The notes: generated by a model not told the origin, from the sequence alone. Shown: positions 9,872 through 19,255, counted from the stretch's first letter. The stretch is 64,000 bases of DNA from an uncultured Candidatus Peribacteria bacterium (GCA_964352145.1 CAYGQA010000003.1:58236-122235), one strand, 5' to 3'. Numbers and translations are program-made.

Positions 9872-10642
9872 ATGAAAGTCAGTATCTTCCACCTTTGTGA
9901 AAGCATCAATACCAGGACTCTTGCAAAAAAATACAGCAAGCTCATTACTATGAGAGATCCCATCATCCTTAAAGCCACAGACAATCAATGGGTCTTCGTT
10001 TCAAAATACGGAGTAATTGTTTGTTGGGGAATTGAAAAAGAAGAATGTGAAACTTGGATAAAAAAACTGAGTCCTTTTTACAACTCTCTTCTCGAGCAAC
10101 AGAACTCTGAAAATATAGACATTAGAAATACTGGGAAGAAAAACTCCTTTCAAAAAAATGAAATCTCTATCATAAAACCAAACGAGGAAACCATTGCGAC
10201 AGTCTCAACGATATTATCTCGATCTCTCGCATTAGAACGCTATGAAGAAAAAGCACAACTAGCCCTAGAACAATTCACCCCCGTAATGGACTCTTTTGAA
10301 AAAGAAGGCAAAAGCAGCCTAAAAGAAAAAAATCTTCTAAAAATGCTTGGTAAAGCCATGAATGTACAACATGTCATAGTCACTCATATACCCATGCTCG
10401 ATAAGCCAAGTATCACTTGGGATCATAATGAACTCGATCGATTTTATGGAGAGCTAAGCTCAGAGTACGAGCTAGAAGAGAGGTATCAAAGTCTGAGTGA
10501 AAAACTCAAACTCCTCTTCCAGAATGTAGAGTTTATCCAAAACTATCTTGATACGAGACGGGGTCACTTATTAGAATGGATCATCATTTGGCTCATTCTT
10601 TTCGAAGTAATGTTGTTCATCTACGATCTCTGGTTGGCTTAA
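9872..10642 (+). CDS. RMD1/DUF155 family protein
   Basis: Overall layout and the C-terminal LEWIIIWLILFEVMLFIYDLW transmembrane helix, preceded by ERYQSLSEKLKLL, are typical of the RMD1/YagE family. Confidence 0.65.
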   Translation: MKVSIFHLCESINTRTLAKKYSKLITMRDPIILKATDNQWVFVSKYGVIVCWGIEKEECETWIKKLSPFYNSLLEQQNSENIDIRNTGKKNSFQKNEISIIKPNEETIATVSTILSRSLALERYEEKAQLALEQFTPVMDSFEKEGKSSLKEKNLLKMLGKAMNVQHVIVTHIPMLDKPSITWDHNELDRFYGELSSEYELEERYQSLSEKLKLLFQNVEFIQNYLDTRRGHLLEWIIIWLILFEVMLFIYDLWLA

Positions 10643-11043
10643 AAAGCAGCTTCATCTTCATCAAATGGTACTTTTATCTCTGAAACTATCTCAGAAAGAT
10701 TCTTTTGGATATGCAGAGAATAAAAAGAGAGAAATGCTTTCATAAGCGAAAAGAAATCTCCTTCTGGACTCTTGGACTCGTCGATTCTCAAACCACTATC
10801 ATCTATAAGAGTATTTACAAAAGACCTCTCATCTGTACTAAAAAGGGCCCATTCTTCAGCTTTCATATAAGCTCCTTCTTTCACACCCAGAGCAATCACC
10901 TTTTCTACCTTATCAATAAATAGAGACAACAGATTTTCAACTTCTCTCATACGAAGAGTCAACTCTCTAGAATCCTGCGAAGCTCGCAAGTCACATTGTA
11001 AAGCAAGAGTAATCGCAATCGACATTTCTGTATTGCGCATCAT
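10639..11043 (-). CDS. hypothetical protein
   Basis: Clean ORF whose stop shares TTAA with the convergent 9872..10642 gene. No motif recognised. Confidence 0.4.
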   Translation of the reverse strand: MMRNTEMSIAITLALQCDLRASQDSRELTLRMREVENLLSLFIDKVEKVIALGVKEGAYMKAEEWALFSTDERSFVNTLIDDSGLRIDESKSPEGDFFSLMKAFLSFYSLHIQKNLSEIVSEIKVPFDEDEAAF

Positions 11044-11223
11044 GCACACATATTACAAATAAGGCTGCAATATAAAGAAATACTCAAAAAGAGTCAACAG
11101 CAGTATACACCGATAGTATCAGCGAATACTCACATCAAACTCATCAGTATATGATCTGGAGCTACAGGATAATAAGGAGATTGAAAAGAGTATAATTTTT
11201 CATAATGAAAGATATCTCAAAAC

Positions 11224-11997
11224 TTATTGAGAGGAATACCAATCCAGCTGAATCACTTCAATATCAGCATCTCCATCATTCACGATCTGCTTAAACTTCA
11301 TGACATCACTAAATCCTTCAGGTGTACGGTAATGGTAAGGATACACCTGACGAGGCTTGAAGGCTAAAACTGCATCAGCAGCCTCCTCTACATCCATAGT
11401 ATAAGGCAGATTCATGCAAACAAAAGCAACATCAATATCTTCAAGTGCTCTCATTTCAGGTATATCTGCAGTATCTCCTGAAAAATAAACTCTCTTATCA
11501 TTTTTTTCAAAGACATATCCATTACCACGCCCCTTCGCATGTCTACTCTCTTCAGAAACTGGAAGATTATACATCGCTATAGCTTCTATAGTGAAACCCA
11601 GTTGTTCAGTTTTCTCTCCATTAGCAAGGACTACTTGTATACCATTGAGTGTTTCAGGTAAAAGTTCATTCACTGCCTCTGGTACGATAAGGATACTTTC
11701 TTCAGTAAGGATCTCTTCTAGAGTTTCTACATTCAAATGATCTCCATGAATATCGGTTACAAAGACAATATTAGCTGCTGGATAAGAAGCAAAAGCTTGA
11801 GCTCCTCCTACAGGGTCACTATAAATAACTGTTGAATCCCATTCTAATACAGCCGTAGCATGAGAAATAGGAAAGATCTTAAAACTTTCATCGACCATAC
11901 TGGTGCTATCCTCTCTAGAAATAGGAGAACAAGCTGAAAGGAGAAGTACTGTTGAAAAAAATACACTCGCTTTAAAAAAAGATTTCATAAAGATCAT
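11224..11997 (-). CDS. MBL-fold metallo-hydrolase lipoprotein
   Basis: Lipobox LLLSAC and the metallo-beta-lactamase motif VTDIHGDHL, plus downstream D/H ligand positions. Confidence 0.7.
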   Translation of the reverse strand: MIFMKSFFKASVFFSTVLLLSACSPISREDSTSMVDESFKIFPISHATAVLEWDSTVIYSDPVGGAQAFASYPAANIVFVTDIHGDHLNVETLEEILTEESILIVPEAVNELLPETLNGIQVVLANGEKTEQLGFTIEAIAMYNLPVSEESRHAKGRGNGYVFEKNDKRVYFSGDTADIPEMRALEDIDVAFVCMNLPYTMDVEEAADAVLAFKPRQVYPYHYRTPEGFSDVMKFKQIVNDGDADIEVIQLDWYSSQ

Positions 11998-12064
11998 GCT
12001 ATGGATATGAACTCATCTTATCATAATCACATAGCTCAAACAGAGCAGATACACACCCAGATGA

Positions 12065-12733
12065 CTAAGACCAATCAATAGTCTTCTTTCCAGCTTTTTT
12101 TAAATACTCATTTGCCTGACTAAAATGTCGAGAACCAAAAAACCCTGAATGTGCAGAAAAAGGAGATGGGTGCGGAGCTTCCAATACATAATGCTTCTCT
12201 CGATCAATTATACTGCCCTTTTTTTTGGCATAATTCCCCCAGAGGAGGAATACGACCTTTTCTTTCTCATCAGAAATTTTTTGGATAACAGTATCTGTAA
12301 ACTGCTCCCAACCTTTCTTTTGATGTGATCCCGGATTTTTAGCACGCACCGTAAGAGTAGCATTCAAAAGCAACACTCCTTGATCAGCCCATCGATCAAG
12401 ATTACCTGATTTAGGGAGAGGAACTGATAAATCTTGATAAAGCTCTTTAAAGATATTTCGAAGAGATGGAGGATACTTTATTCCTTCATTCACAGAAAAA
12501 CAGAGTCCGTTCGCCTGCCCCTCTCCGTGATAGGGATCCTGACCTAATATCACGACTTTTACATCATCATGGTGACAAGGATCAAAAGCTCGAAATATCT
12601 GAGAAAATGATGGATAAACCGTCTCTGTTTCATACTCTTCTTTCACAAATTTCATCAGATCAATAAAGTATGGCTTTTTAAACTCCTCTTGAAGGAGCTT
12701 TTGCCAAGACTGATCAAGAGAATCTAAAAGCAT
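12065..12733 (-). CDS. ung: uracil-DNA glycosylase (family 1)
   Basis: VVILGQDPYHGEGQANGLCFSV and HPSPFSA motifs. Confidence 0.95.
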   Translation of the reverse strand: MLLDSLDQSWQKLLQEEFKKPYFIDLMKFVKEEYETETVYPSFSQIFRAFDPCHHDDVKVVILGQDPYHGEGQANGLCFSVNEGIKYPPSLRNIFKELYQDLSVPLPKSGNLDRWADQGVLLLNATLTVRAKNPGSHQKKGWEQFTDTVIQKISDEKEKVVFLLWGNYAKKKGSIIDREKHYVLEAPHPSPFSAHSGFFGSRHFSQANEYLKKAGKKTIDWS

Positions 12734-12867
12734 ACAATCTGAATAAAGATGACATCAGACTGACAAGTTTAGAGAAAAATATCAAGTCTTGAAAACCAGA
12801 AAGCATTTAAGTATTCATCTGACCTCACTTTAAAAAACAGGATATTTCATCATAGAACCTCAAAAAA

Positions 12868-12876
12868 TGCTAACAT
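12868..12876 (+). promoter_or_regulatory. possible extended -10 box (TGCTAACAT)
   Basis: TGn + TAACAT lies 36 nt upstream of the phnA-like ATG. Confidence 0.3.
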
Positions 12877-12911
12877 AGAAACAAATATTCCTATTCTTTA
12901 GTTCGTCAAAA

Positions 12912-13262
12912 ATGTCACATTATTACTGTCCAGGATGCAACGAAACAGTCTCAGAAATAAGTGCCTGTGAATCAGACGGATGCACTAAACAATGGGAAAT
13001 GATGGAAGACTGTGAATGTAGTGATGGACTACATAGCAAAGAAAAGCAAATCCCAAAAGCCTTTGACTCAAATAATAATGAACTCATCAACGGGGATACT
13101 GTAGTCTTAATCAAAGATCTCACTCTGAGGGGTACCTCACAAAAGATAAAACAAGGTACCAAAGTATCCAAAATACGACTCACAGACAATCCTGAAGAAG
13201 TCGACTGTAAGATCGAAGGATCTGCCATCGTACTAAGGACGGAATTTCTAAAGAAGATTTAA
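12912..13262 (+). CDS. phnA: PhnA/YjdM-family zinc-ribbon protein
   Basis: N-terminal CPGC...C..C zinc ribbon. The C-terminal D.NGN.L.DGD.V..IKDL...G....+KQGTKV..IRL......+.C+I.G..+.L+.EFLKK pattern is typical of PhnA. Confidence 0.8.
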   Translation: MSHYYCPGCNETVSEISACESDGCTKQWEMMEDCECSDGLHSKEKQIPKAFDSNNNELINGDTVVLIKDLTLRGTSQKIKQGTKVSKIRLTDNPEEVDCKIEGSAIVLRTEFLKKI

Positions 13263-14176
13263 GCTTCTTTAAGAAGATCATCAATACTAGTTCTTAAACT
13301 CTCGGAGATCCTGATAGCTTCTTCAGTATTTCTAAAAACTAAACGTGTTCGAAAACAATCAACAAGCTTCTTATTACCATCACGATTCTGAAAAGGCCCT
13401 CTTAATTCTGTTCGCAGTTGAGGATATGTTTCATTTGCCATTTTACACATCTTTTGACCATGTTCTACAGCTAATTCAGCATCCTCATAACTGTTCAAAT
13501 AGGCAATCTTACTCTCACCTAGAGAACTCAATCTTATACCAATAAAAGTATGAAAAAAAACCCTCATCATATCTACAACCTTTTCAGATTCCTCTTTCTC
13601 ATCTTCAGATGACACCAAAAAATCCAATGCCTTATCAATATGATTGGGAACCACTAACGCACTCTGCTTTTTTGATCCTGGAGTATGTCCTAAATGCACA
13701 AACATTCGAGAGACATATTTAGAAAAAGGAATATCTTTATCCGGATACTCAGCAGTATTTACTCCCAAAGTTTCTACGACTTTTTTCATTATTTGATACT
13801 CTACATCCCTTTTAGAGTTCTTACGAGGTGGAGACAACCATCCTTCATAGCGATGACTAATAGAACCTCCAAAAAACCACAAAGCAGTAAAAACATTAAA
13901 TAAAGCAGCGCTCTCACTACTTAAATCTAAAGGCAGCAACCCTCTCTCTTCTAAAAAATTAACACCTTTAATACAATCTGGTATACGTCCTTCAACCAAA
14001 TAACGTCTCACTTTATTAGCATTTGTTTCGCATTCCCTTGCAATTCTAGAGTATTTTTTACCAGAATCAGCTTTCGACATCACATTTCTATAAATCTTTG
14101 CTTTTTCAATCCCATCTGAATAGGTCTCAATAACATTTTGATCAGTAATATTGAAAGAAAACCCCATAAGATTCAT
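13259..14176 (-). CDS. hypothetical protein with N-terminal HTH-like segment
   Basis: 305-aa ORF. KKYSRIARECETNANKVRRYL resembles a helix-turn-helix. The rest is unrecognised. Confidence 0.4.
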   Translation of the reverse strand: MNLMGFSFNITDQNVIETYSDGIEKAKIYRNVMSKADSGKKYSRIARECETNANKVRRYLVEGRIPDCIKGVNFLEERGLLPLDLSSESAALFNVFTALWFFGGSISHRYEGWLSPPRKNSKRDVEYQIMKKVVETLGVNTAEYPDKDIPFSKYVSRMFVHLGHTPGSKKQSALVVPNHIDKALDFLVSSEDEKEESEKVVDMMRVFFHTFIGIRLSSLGESKIAYLNSYEDAELAVEHGQKMCKMANETYPQLRTELRGPFQNRDGNKKLVDCFRTRLVFRNTEEAIRISESLRTSIDDLLKEA

Positions 14177-14261
14177 TTAAATAGATAACACTATAAGTCA
14201 AAAAACAAAATAGTCAAATAATCTAGACTAATAAAAATTTAAATCCTCCTATAAAAACCTC

Positions 14262-14891
14262 TTACTTTTTTCTAAAAATATATCCTGCTGGAGACTTCGT
14301 ATATCCAACACCTTTTTGGGATTTTTCTAGACTCTCTTTCGTCACCTTCACTTGAAACTTAGGGATGAAATAGCTATCAAGGTTTTTTTCGCTAATCGTA
14401 TATTGTTCATCTGACTTCCTATTATAGACTGCTACAAACTCGAAGTCAGGGTCTAAAAAAGCCATACTCGCATCTCCATGACTATTATTCGCGACGAGCA
14501 AAGCACCTTTTTTCAGATGTTTCTTACAAGCCTGTGAGATGAACCCAGCATACTGAGACATCAGCAAATCAAAAGAATTTTCTTGCTCTCCAAAGTCATT
14601 GTAATAATCACAGTGATGAAAGATCAACTCTGACTCTTCCTTATATTGCTTATGCTTCTCTACATATTCAAGGACTTCTTTTTGTTTAAAAAACCCTATG
14701 GCTTGCTTATAAGAATCCACACAAACCAAACGTGGAAAAACTAAAACAGGAGTAAAATGAACAAAGCTCCCTGGATAGAGGACATTCTTTATCTCATAGT
14801 TATCCTTCAAAGCAGTAAACAAACCAATACGTTCATTATCTCTGTCCGAGTGATATTTTTTATAGAGAGCCAAAGGATCTGTATCTTTCAT
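14262..14891 (-). CDS. hypothetical protein (possible Rossmann-like fold)
   Basis: 209-aa ORF. VLYPGSF and FDLLMSQYAG...LKKGALLV weakly resemble methyltransferase-like topology. The assignment is not secure. Confidence 0.35.
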   Translation of the reverse strand: MKDTDPLALYKKYHSDRDNERIGLFTALKDNYEIKNVLYPGSFVHFTPVLVFPRLVCVDSYKQAIGFFKQKEVLEYVEKHKQYKEESELIFHHCDYYNDFGEQENSFDLLMSQYAGFISQACKKHLKKGALLVANNSHGDASMAFLDPDFEFVAVYNRKSDEQYTISEKNLDSYFIPKFQVKVTKESLEKSQKGVGYTKSPAGYIFRKK

Positions 14892-14941
14892 CTTTCAAAG
14901 TAAATGTATAAAAAAACTACTCTGACTCTCATACCTAAACA

Positions 14942-15463
14942 TCAATGCTGTTTCATGACCCTATACTGTAGCTCTACTACTCCATTTGGATAATCCTTCG
15001 ATGTAGTAAGCTCAAACTGAGGCCTGACATTGATGTGGCTAAACAAAGATATACCTTCATTGAGAAAAATAGGCATCGTATGAATAATCATCTCATCAAT
15101 AAGACCTTCATTAAAAAATTGAGCTGCGAGTTGAGGTCCACCTACTAACCATATATCTTTGTGAGTCTCTTCATCCAATCCCTCAACGAAGCTTTTCACA
15201 TCAGCACTCACAAAGACTGTGCCATCTTCAGCTCTAAGCTGAGGATCTTTTGTGAAGACATAACTATTCTTACCAGGGTAAGCAGGTGTGAACTGCTGAT
15301 AAGTTGTATTCCCTTGGATAACAGTATCAACTCTTTCCATAAACTCAGTAAGCCCATAGTCTTCACCAGGGACATTATAATCATCTAACCAAGCCACACT
15401 CCCATCTGAGCTCGCAACAAAGCCATCAAGGCTCTGAGCGATCAACAAGGTGATTTTCTTCAT
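14942..15463 (-). CDS. dihydrofolate reductase family protein (RibD C-terminal domain)
   Basis: MKKITLLIAQSLDGFVASSDGSVAWL and WLVGGPQLAAQF motifs. Confidence 0.8.
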   Translation of the reverse strand: MKKITLLIAQSLDGFVASSDGSVAWLDDYNVPGEDYGLTEFMERVDTVIQGNTTYQQFTPAYPGKNSYVFTKDPQLRAEDGTVFVSADVKSFVEGLDEETHKDIWLVGGPQLAAQFFNEGLIDEMIIHTMPIFLNEGISLFSHINVRPQFELTTSKDYPNGVVELQYRVMKQH

Positions 15464-15503
15464 AGTATCAAGAGTATTCTTTTATTATATACAAAGACTA
15501 TCA

Positions 15504-15540
15504 TAAAAAAATGAGTGAAAGGATTTCTCCTCTCACTCAT
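15504..15540 (-). terminator. rho-independent terminator after csp
   Basis: On the minus strand: ATGAGTGAGAGG-loop-CCTTTCACTCAT followed by T7. Confidence 0.7.
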
Positions 15541-15588
15541 CTTAGGATTTTCTGTTAAACAACACAGTGATTTTTCACTGAGTAAAAT

Positions 15589-15795
15589 CTAAGCAGCGTC
15601 AGCCAAAACGACATCAATTGCTTTAGGTCCTTTATCAGACTCACCAAGCTCAAAAGAGACCATGTCTCCTTCGTTAAAATCGTCAATACTTCCTTCTGCA
15701 ACATCGTTTGCATGGAAGAAAATATCTTTTCCTCCTTCTTCAGGAGTGATGAAACCGAAACCTCGGTCATCTATTTTTTTGATAACACCTTTCAT
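15589..15795 (-). CDS. cspA: cold-shock domain protein
   Basis: KGVIKKIDDRGFGFITPEEGGKDIFFH contains the RNP1/RNP2 motifs. Confidence 0.95.
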   Translation of the reverse strand: MKGVIKKIDDRGFGFITPEEGGKDIFFHANDVAEGSIDDFNEGDMVSFELGESDKGPKAIDVVLADAA

Positions 15796-15955
15796 AATGT
15801 AAAAGGTTAAGAAATAAATTCCACTAGCTTCATTGTAGGAATTTATTTAAAACCCTTATAAATCAACATGTAGACACATATTGTATAGGTATTACCTCAT
15901 TAAGCAAGGAGTAATGCCAGCTAGGTCATTGATTAAGATTTTCATCTCAAAAAAC

Positions 15956-16204
15956 TCAATGAGTATCTTTACTCTTTGTTTGTCTATAAAGCTGCTCGAC
16001 CTCACCTCTCGCCCAAGGAGTTCTTCTTAAGAACTTCAATGAAGAGTTTATGGAAGGATCATTTTTAAAACAATTGATATTGATCCTCATGGCTAATTGC
16101 TCCCAACCATACTGTTCTAATAAAAATTCTAAGATATCCACTAACTTCACCCCATGCATAGGATCATTTACCTGTTTGTTTTGGGCTTCTTTATTCTTAT
16201 CCAT
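15956..16204 (-). CDS. VF530/DUF2132 family DNA-binding protein
   Basis: MHGVKL..ILE.L...YGWE.L...ININCF.NDPSI.SSLKFLR+TPWAR..VE.LY. Confidence 0.7.
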   Translation of the reverse strand: MDKNKEAQNKQVNDPMHGVKLVDILEFLLEQYGWEQLAMRININCFKNDPSINSSLKFLRRTPWARGEVEQLYRQTKSKDTH

Positions 16205-16254
16205 TGAGAAGTTAATGATGAGGGAGTGAAAAGCTTTATCAGTCTATAAAAACA

Positions 16255-16434
16255 CTATTTTTTATAATCAAACGCAGCTCCGAGAGAAAGACCTAAGGCA
16301 ATCCCCAAACCAATCCCCGTACTTGAACCATTATCCCCAAAGAGCATAGGACCGAAAACAACTCCAAACACAACTCCAAAAAGTACTCCATAGGCAACAC
16401 CATTCATTTTTTCTACTTTTTTCCGTTCCTTCAT
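16255..16434 (-). CDS. small glycine-zipper membrane protein
   Basis: GVLFGVVFGVVFGPMLFG...GIGLGIALGLSLGAAF. The start is uncertain (TTG 16443, ATG 16434 or ATG 16407). Confidence 0.4.
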   Translation of the reverse strand: MKERKKVEKMNGVAYGVLFGVVFGVVFGPMLFGDNGSSTGIGLGIALGLSLGAAFDYKK

Positions 16435-16622
16435 AAAACACAACTAATACTTTAACACTTACAAAAGTGTAACACAGCTTCGAAATAACTAAGTTCACTT
16501 AAGACAACATTAAATAAAAAAAGAGTGACTTGAGATACTCATAAACTCGAGTTCAACGCATAAACCTCTTAAATGATCACAATATGTTGGCAGTGTCATA
16601 AACCTGACGCTAGGAATGGTTT

Positions 16623-16643
16623 ATGGCTCCGGGAGTCGGATTC
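16623..16643 (-). repeat. 21-nt exact duplicate of the tRNA-Asn 3' end (att-like direct repeat)
   Basis: ATGGCTCCGGGAGTCGGATTC is identical to 18067..18087. That stretch is the T-loop half, 3' acceptor strand, CCA and 1 further nt of the intact tRNA. Confidence 0.8.
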
Positions 16644-16804
16644 CCATTCGACTCGGTTCATCTAAAGATCACCTCGCTCAGGGTAGGCCTCTCATCCGTC
16701 TAAGAAAAACAGAATTGTTTAGTGTAGTAGATGGCTCGCACTACCGGACGATTTACGAACTTTCGAGTGGGTAAAACACATTAAGTTTCCCGATATGCTC
16801 TTAA

Positions 16805-17974
16805 CTAAATTATCTTTTCTTTCTTCAGGAGGCTTAATGAGATGACTCCAAAGAGAGCTAGAATAATAGCCCCCAGGAGAAATGCTGTTTGTATTGAATA
16901 TGCATCTATCACCCAACCTAATAATGGTGCAAATACTAAGAACACCCCTTTTTGAATAAAGTTCATCAGAGACATTATGGTTGCTCTTCTATCCGAACTT
17001 ACGTGGCTGTGTACATAGGTATTGAATACTGGTATTGAAAATCCTTTTAAAGCTGCCGTTAGCAATGATAATGGTACGATCCAAAGGAAATGAACATTGG
17101 CAAAAATTAGCCATACAATGAAAGGCACTATTGGAATGATGATTAGCGATGCTTTCTCTCCAATGAATTTTTCAATTTCTTTAGCATATCTTGCCCCTAA
17201 TCCAGAAAAAATACTTAAAGCTCCTACAATTATTCCAAAGTAAACGATAGGAACACCTATGAAGCCCCAATATTTTTGAGTAAGCCAGAATTCAATCGCA
17301 AAAAAGCTCAGTATTCCCGTATAGAGAATAAAATAACGAAGTTTTGAATTTTCGATAATGCTTTTTTGGAAGATGTCTTTTAGGTGAGACCAGGTTTCTA
17401 GATCTTCTTGATGATGGCGAGTCTCTCGAAGAGTTAAGGCTAAGAAAAACCATATGACAAATGGTGCAATGGTTGCGTATGCTGGAAGACTAATATGAAC
17501 ACTCGCCATAAAACCTGCAACAATACTTCCTATCAATCCCGCCATCCGACCCCAAAAGAAAAGGTTACCTTGAAGTTTTTTGTATTCTTTTTCTTTCTTT
17601 AAATGAATAAGTGTTTCGTAGAGTAAGGCGTCTTCAGCACCCGAGCTAAAACTTGAACCAATTCCCCATAAGGTAGCGCCAATGGAAACGCCAATAAACC
17701 CAGGTGAGTGAGCATAGAAAACAGCTCCTACAGCCCAAAATAATGCCGCTAATACTAAGCACGGCTTTCGTCCAACTCTATCTGCGAAGTATCCTGATGG
17801 TATTTCTAGTCCAACTATCGCGAGAGAATATATGACCTCGGTGATTATGATTTGTTGCATTGAGAGCCCCCGGCTTTCTAAAAACGGAACTATGATCGCT
17901 ACAATGAAGAGCAACGACTGGAGCATTGTTCCCAGATAGAGCTTCCAGATATTTGCTTCGATTTCCTTTTTCAT
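16805..17974 (-). CDS. MFS transporter
   Basis: About 12 TM segments and MFS motif A (GYFADRVGRKPCLVLA). Start set at MKKEIEAN, because the ORF-track extension runs toward the tRNA. Confidence 0.8.
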   Translation of the reverse strand: MKKEIEANIWKLYLGTMLQSLLFIVAIIVPFLESRGLSMQQIIITEVIYSLAIVGLEIPSGYFADRVGRKPCLVLAALFWAVGAVFYAHSPGFIGVSIGATLWGIGSSFSSGAEDALLYETLIHLKKEKEYKKLQGNLFFWGRMAGLIGSIVAGFMASVHISLPAYATIAPFVIWFFLALTLRETRHHQEDLETWSHLKDIFQKSIIENSKLRYFILYTGILSFFAIEFWLTQKYWGFIGVPIVYFGIIVGALSIFSGLGARYAKEIEKFIGEKASLIIIPIVPFIVWLIFANVHFLWIVPLSLLTAALKGFSIPVFNTYVHSHVSSDRRATIMSLMNFIQKGVFLVFAPLLGWVIDAYSIQTAFLLGAIILALFGVISLSLLKKEKII

Positions 17975-18067
17975 ATGAGAAGTATAGCAAAGTTCGAATC
18001 CGCTTCGAGGCCTCAAGCCGGACACGCTCAAGAAGGCTGAATTTGATGTGTATGAACGAAATTTGAA

Positions 18068-18142
18068 TGGCTCCGGGAGTCGGATTCGAACCGACGACCA
18101 ATTGATTAACAGTCAACTGCTCTACCACTGAGCTATCCCGGA
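18068..18142 (-). tRNA. tRNA-Asn (GTT), CCA encoded
   Basis: Hand-folded cloverleaf: TCCGGGA-TA-GCTC-AGTGGTA-GAGC-A-GTTGA-CTGTTAA-TCAAT-TGGTC-GTCGG-TTCGAAT-CCGAC-TCCCGGA-G-CCA (75 nt). Confidence 0.93.
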
Positions 18143-18218
18143 ACATCACTCTTTAGAAGAGCTAAAGCAGTCTACTATAGCTCAGCTTTTGACTGCAAGT
18201 GAATTATAAAAACTCACA

Positions 18219-18227
18219 TGATATAAT
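18219..18227 (+). promoter_or_regulatory. extended -10 box TGATATAAT
   Basis: 31 nt upstream of the ATG at 18258. Confidence 0.45.
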
Positions 18228-18257
18228 CATTCCATTCCTAGCCCTTCACCACACCTT

Positions 18258-19184
18258 ATGAAATTTGATCTAAACCGAAGCATCATCATCGATGCCGATA
18301 TTGAGAAAGTATTCACTCACATTAAAGACTTCAAACACTGGAGTAAATGGTCTCCTTGGTCTATATGCGAACCAGATCACAAAGATACTGTCTCAGGTAA
18401 AGCAGGAGAAGTAGGACACAAAATGAAATGGAATGGGAAAATCATCGGCTCTGGTGAGCAATCAATAGAAAAAATCGAAGACTATATCATCGATTATGAT
18501 CTTCAGTTTTTTAAACCTCATGCATCAAAAGCAAAAACTCGATTTATACTCGAAAAATCAGGCAAGAAAACAAAGGTCACCTGGACTATGGATTCAAGCC
18601 TCCCTTTCTTTCTCTTCTGGATGATAGGGATGATGAAATCCTGGATCGAAATGGATTACGATCGAGGCCTAAGAATGCTCAAAGAAATATGCGAAAAAGG
18701 AAAAATCAACGCCAAGACTTCAAATGAAGGAATAATACCTTTCAAAGGATTTTCTTACATTGGGATAAAAAGTGCGGCAACAATAGAAAATATGCCAAAA
18801 AAAATGCAGTCAGACTTCAACAAGCTCTACAACATGCTTGAATCAAAGGGTAAAACAGCCAAGCATTGGATATCGATTTATACTAAATCAGACATGAAAA
18901 ATAAAAGCTTTGAATGGATCGCAGCTTGCTCCAGTGAAGAGCTAGCAGGTATTGATGTAGGTGAAGAGTTCATCACTGGGACTATAGAGAGTCAAAAAAT
19001 GCTCAAAATACATCATTCAGGTTCATATACATTCCTCGGAAATGCTTGGTCAATGGGGATGATGTATCTTCGTGCTAAAAAACTTAAGCAAAATGCTAAA
19101 CCCTTTGAGTACTATCTCAACAGCCCTATGGAAACTGATGAGAAGGATCTCAAGACAGACATCTACTTCCCTATCAAAAAGTAA
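18258..19184 (+). CDS. SRPBCC-domain + GyrI-like (AraC effector-binding fold) fusion protein
   Basis: The N-terminal I.A..EKVF..I.DF..W..WSPW pattern fits SRPBCC. The C-terminal half (H.GSY..L..AW......L........P.E.Y.N.P) fits a GyrI-like domain. Confidence 0.6.
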   Translation: MKFDLNRSIIIDADIEKVFTHIKDFKHWSKWSPWSICEPDHKDTVSGKAGEVGHKMKWNGKIIGSGEQSIEKIEDYIIDYDLQFFKPHASKAKTRFILEKSGKKTKVTWTMDSSLPFFLFWMIGMMKSWIEMDYDRGLRMLKEICEKGKINAKTSNEGIIPFKGFSYIGIKSAATIENMPKKMQSDFNKLYNMLESKGKTAKHWISIYTKSDMKNKSFEWIAACSSEELAGIDVGEEFITGTIESQKMLKIHHSGSYTFLGNAWSMGMMYLRAKKLKQNAKPFEYYLNSPMETDEKDLKTDIYFPIKK

Positions 19185-19207
19185 AAAAGGACAAGGCCAA
19201 CACCAAA

Positions 19208-19236
19208 AGCAATACTCATGAGGAGTATTGCTTTTT
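19208..19236. terminator. bidirectional stem-loop terminator between convergent genes
   Basis: AGCAATACTC-loop-GAGTATTGCT followed by TTTT. Confidence 0.65.
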
Positions 19237-19255
19237 ATAAAGAATCATTACAATA

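Noticed and set aside
16560-16800. Possible tmRNA, a second tRNA or another structured RNA around the duplicated tRNA fragment. The stretch is GC-rich and ends in TCCCGGAGCCA.
   Set aside because: No matching 5' acceptor strand or D/anticodon arms could be folded. The best case is 6 of 7 pairs, with about 125 nt in between. The acceptor lacks the G3:U70 pair required of tmRNA. The att-type remnant interpretation is preferred, though an Infernal scan would settle it.
17778-18149. A 123-aa minus-strand ORF, and the N-terminal extension of the MFS ORF to 18031.
   Set aside because: The ORF runs through the tRNA-Asn gene. The MFS protein has a good internal ATG (17974) followed directly by its first TM helix.
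12900-18260. A prophage or integrative element with integrase near tRNA-Asn.
   Set aside because: No integrase, excisionase, transposase or phage genes are recognisable in the flanking 5 kb. Only the 21-nt direct repeat supports past integration.
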